A DNA stretch of 64,000 nucleotides from the NCBI GenBank assembly GCA_965221905.1, contig OZ244922.1:1696001-1760000 (forward strand), read 5' to 3'. A program made the translations under genes and the position numbers. The stretch comes from Chloroflexota bacterium (lineage in GTDB: Bacteria; Chloroflexota; UBA11872; VXOZ01). A model generated the notes under the pieces. It had not been told where the DNA came from. It saw only the letters and a list, made by a program, of their open reading frames with translations, and made no database searches. Positions 1 through 9,212 of this stretch are shown here, in pieces (position 1 is the stretch's first letter; the number at the start of each line of letters is the position of its first letter).

Positions 1-2
1 CT

Positions 3-1532
3 GCTGGTCTGCCTGCACCGGTTTCTACCGAACTGCTTGAGCTAGATACGGCCGAAGCGATGGTGGATGCTCTTGCAGAAGCCGAGCAGACAGAGGCTTC
101 GCAGGAGCTTGAGCCAATACTTGAGAGTATCGCCGAGAAAAACGTCCATTTTGTCATTTACGATCGCATTCTCAGTGATCGTATCCCTAAATTCCTCTAC
201 TTTGACGAGTACTACCAGATGAAAGGACAGGACAATCTTGATGCCCTCCGACTGCGAGTTTCAAGTGGGACCCTTGAGGATTCGGACCACCCGTTACTGG
301 GGCTAATCCAGCTTGCAGGTCTCAATCTTGACACGCTTGCGCGCCCTGGGCAGACAGAAGCTCTGATTTCACGGCTTGAGGCTGCTGGGAATCATCTTAC
401 ACAGAAAGTTCTCCCCTATTGGTCGCAGAACCAACACCTAAGGATGAAATTTGACATTCGCCCAGCGCAACCCGAAGATCCGCCGGGTATGAACAGTGGA
501 TCAAACATCTTGGGACGCGTAGAAAACACAAAGTACTTCGTCACAACGCCCCTAGGAACCCGATCTCGGGGATTTGTTTGGTTCTTCTCTTTTCTTGCTT
601 GGTATCAAAAGCTTCGCCAAGAGAACGAAAACCTCATCTTACTGCTGGACGAACCGGGGCTTTCACTTCACGCAAAGGCTCAGGCAGACCTGCTTCGTTA
701 CTTTGAAGAGGAACTCAAGCCTCATCACCAACTCATCTATACTACCCATTCACCTTTCATGGTTGATCCCACGCATTTCGAGCGCGTACGAATCGTCCAG
801 GACCTGAGCATCGAGCCAGATTCGGAAGATCTACCTGCCGAGCAACAGGGCACGAAAGTCATTACTGAGGTTCTCGATGCAACACCAGACAGTCTGTTTC
901 CGCTCCAGGGTGCACTTGGCTACGAGATTTCTCAGACTCTATTCCTTGGCCCCAACTGTCTCATCGTAGAGGGCGTGTCAGACCTAATGTACATTCAAGT
1001 CATGTCGGCCCTCCTCCAAGCCAACGGAAAGACAGGTTTAAGCGCTGACTGGACCATAACGCCAGTAGGAGGATCTGATAAGGTTCAGACTTTCGTTGCC
1101 TTGATTGGCGCCCAGAGCAATTTGAGATTGGCAGTTCTGATTGACTACCAAAAAAAGGACAAGCAGAGCATTGAAAACCTCTACAAGGAGAAATTGCTTG
1201 AGCAGAAAGCGGTTCTCACTTATGCGAACTTTGCTCCAGGAACAGAAGCCGACATAGAAGACATGTTTAACCCTGGATTCTACCTGAAACTCGTGAACGG
1301 AGAATTTGGGACATCCTTGACTGTGAACGATCTGCCGGCAGGATCGCCTCGTATCCTTAGCCGACTTGAGAAGTATTTTGAGAATAACCCACTACCAAAG
1401 CACGCGCCTTTCAATCACTACCGACCGGCTCGTTACTTCAGCGAAAACATTGGGTCTCTGGGAATTAAGCTGACCGATTCTCAGCTTGACCGCTTCCAAC
1501 AAGCCTTCGACGCTTTGAACAGCCTGCTTTAG
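3..1532 (+). CDS. OLD-family ATP-dependent endonuclease (ABC-ATPase + TOPRIM), 5'-truncated by window edge
   Basis: Frame open from window start; signature-like RSRGFVWFFSF, Walker B/D-loop LLLDEPGLSLH, H-loop YTTHSPFM, TOPRIM IVEGVSD and C-terminal DIEDMF. Confidence 0.85.
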   Translation, partial: AGLPAPVSTELLELDTAEAMVDALAEAEQTEASQELEPILESIAEKNVHFVIYDRILSDRIPKFLYFDEYYQMKGQDNLDALRLRVSSGTLEDSDHPLLGLIQLAGLNLDTLARPGQTEALISRLEAAGNHLTQKVLPYWSQNQHLRMKFDIRPAQPEDPPGMNSGSNILGRVENTKYFVTTPLGTRSRGFVWFFSFLAWYQKLRQENENLILLLDEPGLSLHAKAQADLLRYFEEELKPHHQLIYTTHSPFMVDPTHFERVRIVQDLSIEPDSEDLPAEQQGTKVITEVLDATPDSLFPLQGALGYEISQTLFLGPNCLIVEGVSDLMYIQVMSALLQANGKTGLSADWTITPVGGSDKVQTFVALIGAQSNLRLAVLIDYQKKDKQSIENLYKEKLLEQKAVLTYANFAPGTEADIEDMFNPGFYLKLVNGEFGTSLTVNDLPAGSPRILSRLEKYFENNPLPKHAPFNHYRPARYFSENIGSLGIKLTDSQLDRFQQAFDALNSLL

Positions 1533-1628
1533 GTGGTTGAGCGTTATGTACCGCGTACTGATCAAAAGTATGATCGCCCCTGAAATCAGGTCGCGACTTT
1601 CCTTCACTGAAAATAGTCGACAATCGCC

Positions 1629-2738
1629 ATGTCTGAAGATGATCTGCATCTCCCCAATCTAACCATAAGAAGGTTTCGCGGTATCCAAGACCTCTCGATT
1701 GAGCGCTTGGGCCGCGTGACTCTCATTGCTGGCAAGAACGGCGTCGGCAAGACGACGGTGCTCGACGCAGTGCGCGTCTACGCATCTTGCAATCGGCACT
1801 TTGTACTCGCTGACATATTGAGCAATCGAGAGGAACTAAAGGGTTCACGAGGTGAAGATAGTGGTGACTTGGCTTCGCCTGACTGGGATGCGTTATTTTA
1901 CGGTCGACAGACCTCACCGAATAGTCCGATTGTGATTGGTCCGACAGGGATTTCTGCAGGGCTCAGAATCAGGATTACTCCGCTCAATAGAGAGGATGAG
2001 AACCGCTGGGGGAGAGGCCTATTTGATTCCGTATCGGCCGATGATGCAAGAGTGCTTCGAGTGGCACTCGACGGAAGAGAACATGCCATTCCGCTCTCTA
2101 TACCAACAAGGCATTGGGGTCACACAACAATTCTTGGAGAGTCTGATTTACCAGCTGGTAGTCAGTGCGAGTTCCTAGGGCCGAACGTGCTGGACAACTA
2201 TGATATTGCGCGGTTTTGGGACAGGGTTGCGCTCACGGACGACGAAAATCGCGCGGTAGAGGCGCTGAGACTGGTATTTGGTGAAACGATAGAACGTGCT
2301 GCCGTGATTGGTGATGACCGAAGTTCAGGCTCTCGTTTTGGTCGGCGGGCGGTGGTGAGGATTGCAGGCCAGGAACGTCCGGTGCCTTTGCGGAGTCTGG
2401 GCGACGGCGCGGTGCGCTTGTTTGGTGTCGCATTGGCGCTTGCCAACAGTCAGGGCGGGTTTCTGCTGATCGACGAAGCGGAGAACGGCATTCACTACTC
2501 GCTGCAGCGCGACTTCTGGCGCATGGTGCTGCTGACGGCGCAGGAGAGCAACGTGCAGGTGTTTGCCACCACGCATAGCTGGGATTGCGTGGCGGGATTC
2601 GCGCAGGCTGCGGTTGAAGCTGAAGGCGTGGAAGGCGCGCTGGTGCGGCTGGATAGCGATGGCGAGGACATCCGCGCGGTGGAATACTCGGAGCGCCAAC
2701 TCCATGTGGCGGCCGAACAGGGCATCGAGGTGCGCTAG
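1629..2738 (+). CDS. AAA family ABC-type ATPase (AAA_21/AAA_15-like)
   Basis: N-terminal FRGI, Walker A GKNGVGKT, signature LGDG, Walker B LLIDEAENGIH, H-loop TTHS. Confidence 0.9.
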   Translation: MSEDDLHLPNLTIRRFRGIQDLSIERLGRVTLIAGKNGVGKTTVLDAVRVYASCNRHFVLADILSNREELKGSRGEDSGDLASPDWDALFYGRQTSPNSPIVIGPTGISAGLRIRITPLNREDENRWGRGLFDSVSADDARVLRVALDGREHAIPLSIPTRHWGHTTILGESDLPAGSQCEFLGPNVLDNYDIARFWDRVALTDDENRAVEALRLVFGETIERAAVIGDDRSSGSRFGRRAVVRIAGQERPVPLRSLGDGAVRLFGVALALANSQGGFLLIDEAENGIHYSLQRDFWRMVLLTAQESNVQVFATTHSWDCVAGFAQAAVEAEGVEGALVRLDSDGEDIRAVEYSERQLHVAAEQGIEVR

Positions 2739-2741
2739 CCC

Positions 2742-3374
2742 ATGGCGCAACCCCTTGGCCCGACGCCGAGCCGCGTGCTGCTGGTGGAAGGCGTGGATGA
2801 CAAGCACGTGGCGCGGCACGTCTGGCAGCGCATTGAAGGTCAACCTGACTTCTGCATCAAAGAGAAGCGCGGCGTCGTTCAGTTGCTCGATTCCATTGAC
2901 ACTGAAATTCAGACATCCGGCCTACAGGCGATGGGCATACTGGTGGACGCGAACGAGGACGTGGCCGCGCGTTGGAACGCGGTGAAGGATCGGCTTGCGC
3001 CAGCGAAAGTCGATTTGCCCGACAGCCCCGTTCCATCCGGCACGATCATCGATGGACGTCCCCACGATGGCATTCCCCGGGTCGGCGTGTGGCTGATGCC
3101 GGACAACACCGAGCCGGGCGAACTTGAAAACTTCGTTGCACTGATGATCCCCGTCTGCGATCCGGTCTGGCCCTTGTCGCAATCCTACATTGACGGTATA
3201 CCGGAGGCAGCGAGGAAGTTTCGCGAGAAGAAGGTGAGAGCGCAGGTTCACGCCTGGCTGGCGGCGCGAGAGGACCCGCGGCAGATGGGCGCCGCGATTG
3301 GCGCGCGCGACTTGGACGTTAACAGCGCGCTCAGCCAAGCATTCGTCGCTTGGCTGACAAGGCTATTCAGCTAG
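2742..3374 (+). CDS. TOPRIM-like partner of AAA ATPase (DUF3226-like)
   Basis: LLVEGVDD, ILVDAN, WLMPDN..PGELE motifs; 3 bp after the ATPase. Confidence 0.75.
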   Translation: MAQPLGPTPSRVLLVEGVDDKHVARHVWQRIEGQPDFCIKEKRGVVQLLDSIDTEIQTSGLQAMGILVDANEDVAARWNAVKDRLAPAKVDLPDSPVPSGTIIDGRPHDGIPRVGVWLMPDNTEPGELENFVALMIPVCDPVWPLSQSYIDGIPEAARKFREKKVRAQVHAWLAAREDPRQMGAAIGARDLDVNSALSQAFVAWLTRLFS

Positions 3375-3461
3375 CGGGTGGATGCGAACCTACTGAGCCT
3401 TTCCCTGCGCAGATGTTTGCGTAGCTCTGCCAAACCCTAGGGTAGCCGGAGTGAAGTCTTT

Positions 3462-3492
3462 CCCCTCACCCTAACCCTCTCCCCAAGGAGAG
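3462..3492. repeat. REP-like element, CCCTCACCCTAACCCTCTCCC family
   Basis: Same motif at 14320-14354 and degenerate at ~15283-15304. Confidence 0.7.
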
Positions 3493-3520
3493 TGAATATA
3501 CTAGCGCGATTATCGTGCTT

Positions 3521-3548
3521 ATGACCATGGTCATGACTATGGTATAAT
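3521..3548 (+). promoter_or_regulatory. Phd-VapC promoter/operator
   Basis: Perfect palindrome ATGACCATGGTCAT (3521-3534) next to extended -10 TGGTATAAT, upstream of the antitoxin. Confidence 0.65.
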
Positions 3549-3581
3549 TGACGCAAATCCTCCAAACTAGGATGGCGGGGC

Positions 3582-3866
3582 ATGGAAAATGACAACGATC
3601 TTACGACCGGTGGGGTGCGGGTGATTAAGGCGTCGGAGTTCAAGGCGAAGTGTTTGCAGCTTATGGACGAGGTGGCGGCGAGTGGTGAGGAGATCGTGAT
3701 CACCAAGCATGGTCGGCCGGTCTCGCGCTTGGGGCCTTACCAGCGGAGGCCGAAGAGCCTCTTTGGCATCGACAAAGGGAGAATTGACATCCTGAGCGAC
3801 ATTGTCGCGCCATTGGACGAGGAGTGGGAGGCTGAGAGCGATCCGGACCGGGTGCTGGATCCGTGA
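3582..3866 (+). CDS. Phd/YefM family antitoxin
   Basis: IKASEFKAKCLQLMDEV...IVITKHGRPVSRL signature; GTGA overlap with toxin. Confidence 0.92.
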   Translation: MENDNDLTTGGVRVIKASEFKAKCLQLMDEVAASGEEIVITKHGRPVSRLGPYQRRPKSLFGIDKGRIDILSDIVAPLDEEWEAESDPDRVLDP

Positions 3867-4261
3867 TAATCCTCGATACGCATGTCATGCTGTGGCTCAG
3901 GACAGGTAGCGAGCGCTTAGGCACGCGTGCCCGACATGTGATCGACGAGGCCTGGCAGTCGGGTGGGGTCTGTGTCTCCGCGATCTCCTATTGGGAAGTA
4001 GCGCTGCTCGAAGAAAAGGGGCGAATCAGGTTCCCTGAAGACATCGGCCTGTGGCGGCAGGAACAACTGGCGCAAGGCATGATCGAAATCCCCGTAAGCG
4101 GCGCCATCGGCATCCGCGCGGCTCTTCTACCAGACTTGCACGGCGACCCGGCCGACCGCCTCATCGTGGCCACCGCGCTGGAAGGCCACCAACTCATCAC
4201 CGCCGACGAACGCATCCTCGCCTGGCCGGGCAATATTCGCCGCTTGCGCGCTACGGAGTGA
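3863..4261 (+). CDS. vapC: PIN-domain toxin (VapC family)
   Basis: ILDTH, SAISYWE, HGDPADRLIVATA, LITAD acidic PIN motifs. Confidence 0.92.
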   Translation: MIILDTHVMLWLRTGSERLGTRARHVIDEAWQSGGVCVSAISYWEVALLEEKGRIRFPEDIGLWRQEQLAQGMIEIPVSGAIGIRAALLPDLHGDPADRLIVATALEGHQLITADERILAWPGNIRRLRATE

Positions 4262-4333
4262 GGGCGGACAGAAACACAATCGGGTGAACAGTCGCCGGGC
4301 GCGCGATTTGAGCAATCGAGACTTGAAGGCGGG

Positions 4334-4359
4334 GGCGCAGGTTGCAAACCTGCGCTACC
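4334..4359. repeat. REP-like palindrome
   Basis: GCGCAGGTTGCAAACCTGCGC hairpin followed by TAC (GTAG foot on the minus strand). Confidence 0.55.
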
Positions 4360-4418
4360 GGACATAGGTACGCAGGAACGTCACCCCCATAGCGCGCGTG
4401 CCGGACTTCAGATATGAC

Positions 4419-4449
4419 TTGACACACTGCGACAAGTGTGTCATATACT
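4419..4449 (+). promoter_or_regulatory. Sigma70-type promoter with 19-bp spacer and dyad operator
   Basis: TTGACA 4419-4424, TATACT 4444-4449, inverted repeat TGACACACT-N6-AGTGTGTCA 4420-4443. Confidence 0.6.
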
Positions 4450-4537
4450 TGCATGACTGGGCCTGCGATTGGGGACAATCGCACGACAGAGTTAAGCAGT
4501 GGCGCTCTCTGATGCAAACCAAAGGAGGTTTGGCGGC

Positions 4538-4972
4538 ATGGCAATTGTCAATCGCGCTTTAGCGGTCTTTCTGGTCGCTGTGGGATTCTTGGTGTGGGCC
4601 AATCTGATAGCGACGCCGATCTACCACGACGGCTCGCCGGACTATCCGGTTTGGCAGATCCTCAACTACTTTATGGCGGTGGCTGCCGTCATCATTTTGG
4701 TCAAAGGGTTCTTGATGCGGCGCGCCCATGCGCACCAGGACGGCGCGTGTGCCGATACGCTTGAGCATCTGCGGGTAAGCATTGCCTTCTATGGGGCAAT
4801 CGTCCTGACGATGCTGTTCTTCTGGGAATGGATCTGGACCCTGAACCCTGCAAGCGAGACCGGCGACGCGGTCACCTCGCACTTGATCTACTTCCCGATA
4901 GTGGATGCGCTGTTGGTCGTGCTTGCGATCCTTGTCGGACGCCGCTTCTGGAAGGAAGGCAGCGGCTCCTAA
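4538..4972 (+). CDS. Small hypothetical membrane protein (~4 TM)
   Basis: RBS AAAGGAGG before ATG 4538; four hydrophobic segments. Confidence 0.75.
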   Translation: MAIVNRALAVFLVAVGFLVWANLIATPIYHDGSPDYPVWQILNYFMAVAAVIILVKGFLMRRAHAHQDGACADTLEHLRVSIAFYGAIVLTMLFFWEWIWTLNPASETGDAVTSHLIYFPIVDALLVVLAILVGRRFWKEGSGS

Positions 4973-5090
4973 GTCTAGCGGTGCGGCTAGAAGCTCGTTC
5001 GTACGACGTCCAAAGTTAAACCGAAGAGGGTCGAGACCATCATGTTCGGTCTCGACCCTCTTGCTTGTTTGCCAAGTGAATGGCCCGGCG

Positions 5091-6479
5091 CTAGTAGAGG
5101 CTGTCCTTTGTGGTGGAGTAGCACCACTGGGAGGTCAGCAAGAAGTGCACCAGGGCATCCTGTGCCTCTTGCGTGCCGATGCGGCGCAGCGCGTGGACGG
5201 CCTTGCCCCGCACGTAGCGATCCTCGTCATTCAGGGCATGGGCCAGGGCGGGCGTGGCCTCTTCCGCTTGCTTGCCGATGCGCGACAGGGCGAGGGCTGC
5301 GCTGCGACGAGTAAACTCGTCTTCATTGGAAAGGGCATCGATTAGGGCCGGCACGCCGGCTGCGGAGTGCTGTCCGGAGATGCCGAGCGCATCTACGGCA
5401 TGGCGGCGCACCTCGATTGATTCGTCGTGCATTGCCGCCGCCAGGGTCGGTATGACCTCATCTCCCAGAAAGGCCAGATCGGCCAGGGTCTCTACTGCCA
5501 TGCTGCGCGTGCCCTCGTTCTCATCTTGGCTGGCATCCAGCAGGGCGGGCACGGCGCCGGCGCCGATAGTGCTCAGGGCGTAGCTGGCGTTGCGTCGCAC
5601 GGCTTCATTGTCGTGACGGAGCGTGTCAATCAACGCAGGCACGGCCGCATCACCGAGCGATCCCAGCCGATAAGCGGATTCCAGGCAGGTAGCTTCATCG
5701 TCAACCTTCAGGTTCTCAATCAACACCGGTATCGAGCCATTGCCATTGGCGGACGGGGAGCCGTTGTTGGCGCCGCCGGTATACCAGCGCCACATGTGAC
5801 TCCACAAACCGTTGAGGTTGCTGTCGTCCTCGGCAACCCACTCGCTGTCCTGATTGTCCCAACTTGGGGCCTGGGGCTCTTCGATGCGGGCTAACATGAA
5901 CTTCATCATGTAGCGCTTCTTGTCGGTAGAGTTGCCCATGCCGCGATGCCACAGGTCGTAGTGGACCATCAGCACGGTCCCGGCCTCCACGACCACAGGG
6001 ACCTCACCCTCGGTGGAGTCCAAGCGCATGTTAAGGCCGATCGGGCCCCGCAGCCAATTGAAGTAGTGCGAGCCCGGAAGCACGCCGGTCGGCCCCATCT
6101 CGACGGTCGTATCCTGGGGATAGTACATGGCCAGCAGCCAGCGGGTGCGGTGCCGTCGCTTGGTGAAGGAGTCTCGGTGAATCTGCTGTCCTTCGCTGTG
6201 GGGAGGCCGATAGTGGCAATGGCGGTGCGGGTGAATGAAGTAGCTGTTGCCCAGCACACCTGCCAGCGCGCCGTCTACGGCCGGATCGTCGAGTATTTGG
6301 CGTATGGCGGGGATTCTGGCTATCAGGTTGTTGCCGGGGTTGCCCTCCTCATCGAAGAGCTTTTCCGTCTGATTCCAAATGTCCTGGTGAAATTCGCGGG
6401 GATGCCCGGTCTTGACAGCGACATACCCATTGCGGATGAAGCTGCGCATTTGCTCATCGGTGAGCCTGGTGAGAGCCAT
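5091..6479 (-). CDS. Phytanoyl-CoA dioxygenase (PhyH) family protein fused to HEAT/PBS-lyase repeats
   Basis: F..NGYV start, HxD (IHRD), GPTGVLPGSH, distal His (LWHRG); C-terminal VRRNASYALSTIG/AVPALIDAL repeats. Confidence 0.85.
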   Translation of the reverse strand: MALTRLTDEQMRSFIRNGYVAVKTGHPREFHQDIWNQTEKLFDEEGNPGNNLIARIPAIRQILDDPAVDGALAGVLGNSYFIHPHRHCHYRPPHSEGQQIHRDSFTKRRHRTRWLLAMYYPQDTTVEMGPTGVLPGSHYFNWLRGPIGLNMRLDSTEGEVPVVVEAGTVLMVHYDLWHRGMGNSTDKKRYMMKFMLARIEEPQAPSWDNQDSEWVAEDDSNLNGLWSHMWRWYTGGANNGSPSANGNGSIPVLIENLKVDDEATCLESAYRLGSLGDAAVPALIDTLRHDNEAVRRNASYALSTIGAGAVPALLDASQDENEGTRSMAVETLADLAFLGDEVIPTLAAAMHDESIEVRRHAVDALGISGQHSAAGVPALIDALSNEDEFTRRSAALALSRIGKQAEEATPALAHALNDEDRYVRGKAVHALRRIGTQEAQDALVHFLLTSQWCYSTTKDSLY

Positions 6480-6686
6480 TGGTGACCTCCTGTGGCGTTG
6501 CTACACGCTGCTGGCGTGGCCCCGCATGTGGGGCGTTCTACATCTCACTTGTCAGCGTCGGAACACATGCGGATGCTGGACGAAGAGAAGGATTTATATG
6601 ACTCTATTACGGAAAGCAGCCGCTGTCAAAGTCCTAGGCCTTGCGCCGTGCGTGAACACTGAATTTCGAACAAATGAGGGATTTAC

Positions 6687-6755
6687 GTGATCAATCCTGG
6701 AATAAATGGAAAGGTCGCGCTGGTTACCGGCGGCGGGTACCGCATGCATCAATGA
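6687..6755 (+). pseudogene. Remnant 5' end of an SDR oxidoreductase
   Basis: GAGGG RBS then MINPGINGKVALVTGGG (Rossmann start); stop after 22 codons. Confidence 0.6.
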
Positions 6756-6894
6756 AGGGGCCGTAGCGGCAGTGGCCTATCGCACGAAGGATTTTGTCTC
6801 ATGCACCTTTGAACAAAACACGCGAACCGCACTATCATGGCTGTAGCGTTGGTAGTAAGTAACCCGTTGCCAAATCTACATAAGGAGAAAGAGC

Positions 6895-7218
6895 ATGTAC
6901 GTTATTGTTGCGCCGATACAGATCAAGGAAGGCTACAGGGATGCCTTTGTCGAAGCGATGTTGGGCGACGCGAAGGGATCGGTCAATGACGAACCCGGCT
7001 GCCTGCGGTTCGACGTGATCCAGGACGCCGGCGACCCGAACCGCATCTGGCTCTACGAGGTCTACGTGGACGAGGCCGCATTCCAAGAGCATTTGAAAGC
7101 GCCCCATTTCATCAAGTGGCGGGATACGGTCAAGGACTGGACGGAAGAGCGGCCCCCGGGAGCAGGAGCCGCGAGGGGTAGTTCCAACATCTGGCCAACG
7201 GACGACGAGTGGAAATAA
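6895..7218 (+). CDS. Antibiotic biosynthesis monooxygenase family (LsrG/QuMo-like)
   Basis: EPGCLRFDVIQD...IWLYEVY.DEAAF..H..APHF; RBS AAGGAG. Confidence 0.88.
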   Translation: MYVIVAPIQIKEGYRDAFVEAMLGDAKGSVNDEPGCLRFDVIQDAGDPNRIWLYEVYVDEAAFQEHLKAPHFIKWRDTVKDWTEERPPGAGAARGSSNIWPTDDEWK

Positions 7219-7430
7219 AGGGTGCGTGAAAAGAGTATCCGTTCATCCTTCGACCCTTCGGCAGGCTCAGGACAGGCAAGCTCAGGACGAACGGATACTG
7301 GCTTTTTCCGAAGGACTTTTCTTTTTTAAGGGATCATTTTTCCGTTCGTGGTGAGCACTTCGGCAGGCTCAGTATAGGCTTGTCGAACCATGATCGGCGA
7401 TTGGCTGTGAACTTCTCACACACCTTCTAG
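7217..7430. mobile_element. MITE-like element enclosing two REP-type hairpins
   Basis: Imperfect terminal IRs AGGGTGCGTGAAAAG / CTTCTCACACACCTT; internal CCGTTC..CTTCGAC..GCTCAGGACGAACGG and CCGTTCGTGGTGAGC..TTGTCGAACC units. Confidence 0.55.
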
Positions 7431-7519
7431 GTCGTGTTGCGTGCAAATATCGCCAGTTGCCTCCTGGCTAGTTCTGTATCTGCTTGAATTTGCTAGACGC
7501 GGTCATCAGCTTCCCCTTT

Positions 7520-7590
7520 CCGTCATTCCTGCGTATGCAGGAATTCAAGGGTGCGGCGAAGATAGATTCCCGCGAAAACGGGAATGGCGG
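7520..7590. repeat. REP doublet, GTCATTCC(C/T)GCG..GGAAT family
   Basis: CCGTCATTCCTGCGTATGCAGGAAT ... ATTCCCGCGAAAACGGGAATGGCGG inverted pair. Confidence 0.7.
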
Positions 7591-7644
7591 AGTCCAAATC
7601 TCCGATGCGCGTTCAGTGCTGGCTTCCTTTCGTCATGCCATGGT

Positions 7645-7656
7645 GAACTTCTGATC
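7645..7656. promoter_or_regulatory. Possible LexA (SOS) box upstream of imuB
   Basis: GAAC-TTCT-GATC, one mismatch from GAAC-N4-GTTC, ~105 bp upstream of imuB. Confidence 0.3.
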
Positions 7657-7759
7657 TCTCCATTGCGGTTTCTGCGCAAAAAGGAAGTTCTTAAGTGGCA
7701 ACGGCATAGATGCCAAACGGCATTTATGTCATAGGATTCGAGACGAGAGGTGAGGCATC

Positions 7760-9202
7760 GTGAAGGTTGCCTGTGTGCTTATTACCCACTTGCGCGCCAA
7801 GTGCGAGTTGCGGCGGCAGCCCGCGCTGGCGGCAGCGTCGGCTGTGATTGTCGACCGCTCGGCGGGCAGCCCTCAGGTCAGTGACGTCTTCCCGGCCGTT
7901 ACCGGGGTAGCGGTGGGCATGTCGCTGGAAGAGGCGCTCTCCCATAATGCCAACGCCGTCGTCATAGAAGCCAACGAACCGGCATACCGGCGGACATTCC
8001 GGCAGGTGCTTACCTCCTTGCAGGAGATTAGCGACCGGGTGGAGCATGCGGCGCCGGGCGTCGCGTACGTGCGCCTCGACGGACTGGAGACCCTCTACGG
8101 CAGTGAAGAGCGGCTTGTTGCTGCCCTGCTGAACGCCGTCCCGCCGGATCTCGCGCCGCGTGTGGGCGTGGCGGACACAAAATTTCCCGCTCTGGTTGCC
8201 GCTCAAGCCAGCCGGGCGGGTGCGGTAACGCGGATTCCCGATTATGCGGCTGCGTTCTTGGCGCCGCATCCCGTTACGCTTTTGCCGCTCGGTCCCGCAG
8301 TGCTGGCGCGCATGCAACGCTTCGGCTTACGCACCCTGGGCGACGTGGCGGCCATGCGTGTAGACCAACTCAGCGACCAGTTCGGCACTGACGGTACACG
8401 GGCCTGGCAGCTCTGCCACGGCATAGACGACGAACCCTTTGTCCCGCTAAAACACGAGGAGTCTGTCACCGCGCACGTCACGCTGCCGTTTGTCTCTACC
8501 TCCCTGGAACTCTTCATGGTAACGTTGGACGGTCTGTTGAAGAGCGCGTACGCGCGACCGCAAATGCGGGGGCGGTATGCGGAGAAGGCCACCATACAGT
8601 GCAGCCTTTTCCGCTCGCTGCCGTGGGAGAAGGTAATCAACTTCAAGCACGGCGTGGGCTGCGAGCGGGCCGCGCGCATCATCAGAAGCCGTCTGGAATC
8701 CGACTATCCTCCCGCGCCCGTCGAGGAAGTGACGCTCACCCTGGCGAATCTAACGGGCGAGTCCGCTATGCAGATGGGGCTGCTCCGCGATGTCCGCAAG
8801 GATAGGACCGACCGTTTAGTAGAGGCGGACAGACAGCTCCAAGCCCGTATGCAGGGCAAGCGCGCGCTGTTCCGGGTGGTGGATATTGCGCCCTGGCATC
8901 CCGCGCCGGAGTTGCGCGCACTGCAGGTGCCCATCGATCCGGCAGTGAAGGACAGCATGAAACCGCTGGCGACGCCCACGGCAGCGGAAGTGCGGGCAGG
9001 TGAGGATAACCAGCCCGTAGCCGTACGCCTGAAGAACCGTTGGCACCAGGTAGCCTGCATCGACGACCAGTGGTGCTTCGATCTCTGGTGGCTGGCTGCG
9101 CCGCTTACGCGTACCTATTACCGGGTGCGGCGGGCAGATGGTATTCCGCTCACCCTGTTCCATGACCGGAGAGGCGGACGCTGGTATCAGCAGGTCTCAT
9201 AG
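7760..9202 (+). CDS. imuB: ImuB-like Y-family polymerase homologue
   Basis: GVAVGMSLEEA, AYVRLDGL, RVGVADTKFPALVAA, FGLRTLGDV; C-terminal W...WW...RTYYRV...LFHD domain; precedes dnaE2. Confidence 0.88.
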   Translation: MKVACVLITHLRAKCELRRQPALAAASAVIVDRSAGSPQVSDVFPAVTGVAVGMSLEEALSHNANAVVIEANEPAYRRTFRQVLTSLQEISDRVEHAAPGVAYVRLDGLETLYGSEERLVAALLNAVPPDLAPRVGVADTKFPALVAAQASRAGAVTRIPDYAAAFLAPHPVTLLPLGPAVLARMQRFGLRTLGDVAAMRVDQLSDQFGTDGTRAWQLCHGIDDEPFVPLKHEESVTAHVTLPFVSTSLELFMVTLDGLLKSAYARPQMRGRYAEKATIQCSLFRSLPWEKVINFKHGVGCERAARIIRSRLESDYPPAPVEEVTLTLANLTGESAMQMGLLRDVRKDRTDRLVEADRQLQARMQGKRALFRVVDIAPWHPAPELRALQVPIDPAVKDSMKPLATPTAAEVRAGEDNQPVAVRLKNRWHQVACIDDQWCFDLWWLAAPLTRTYYRVRRADGIPLTLFHDRRGGRWYQQVS

Positions 9203-9212
9203 GGACAGCCGC

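Noticed and set aside
3-1532. Gabija system
   Set aside because: No UvrD-like GajB downstream within the window
7441-7734. ORF in the imuA position
   Set aside because: Largely translated REP sequence (VIPAYAGIQ); no RecA/SulA-like motifs
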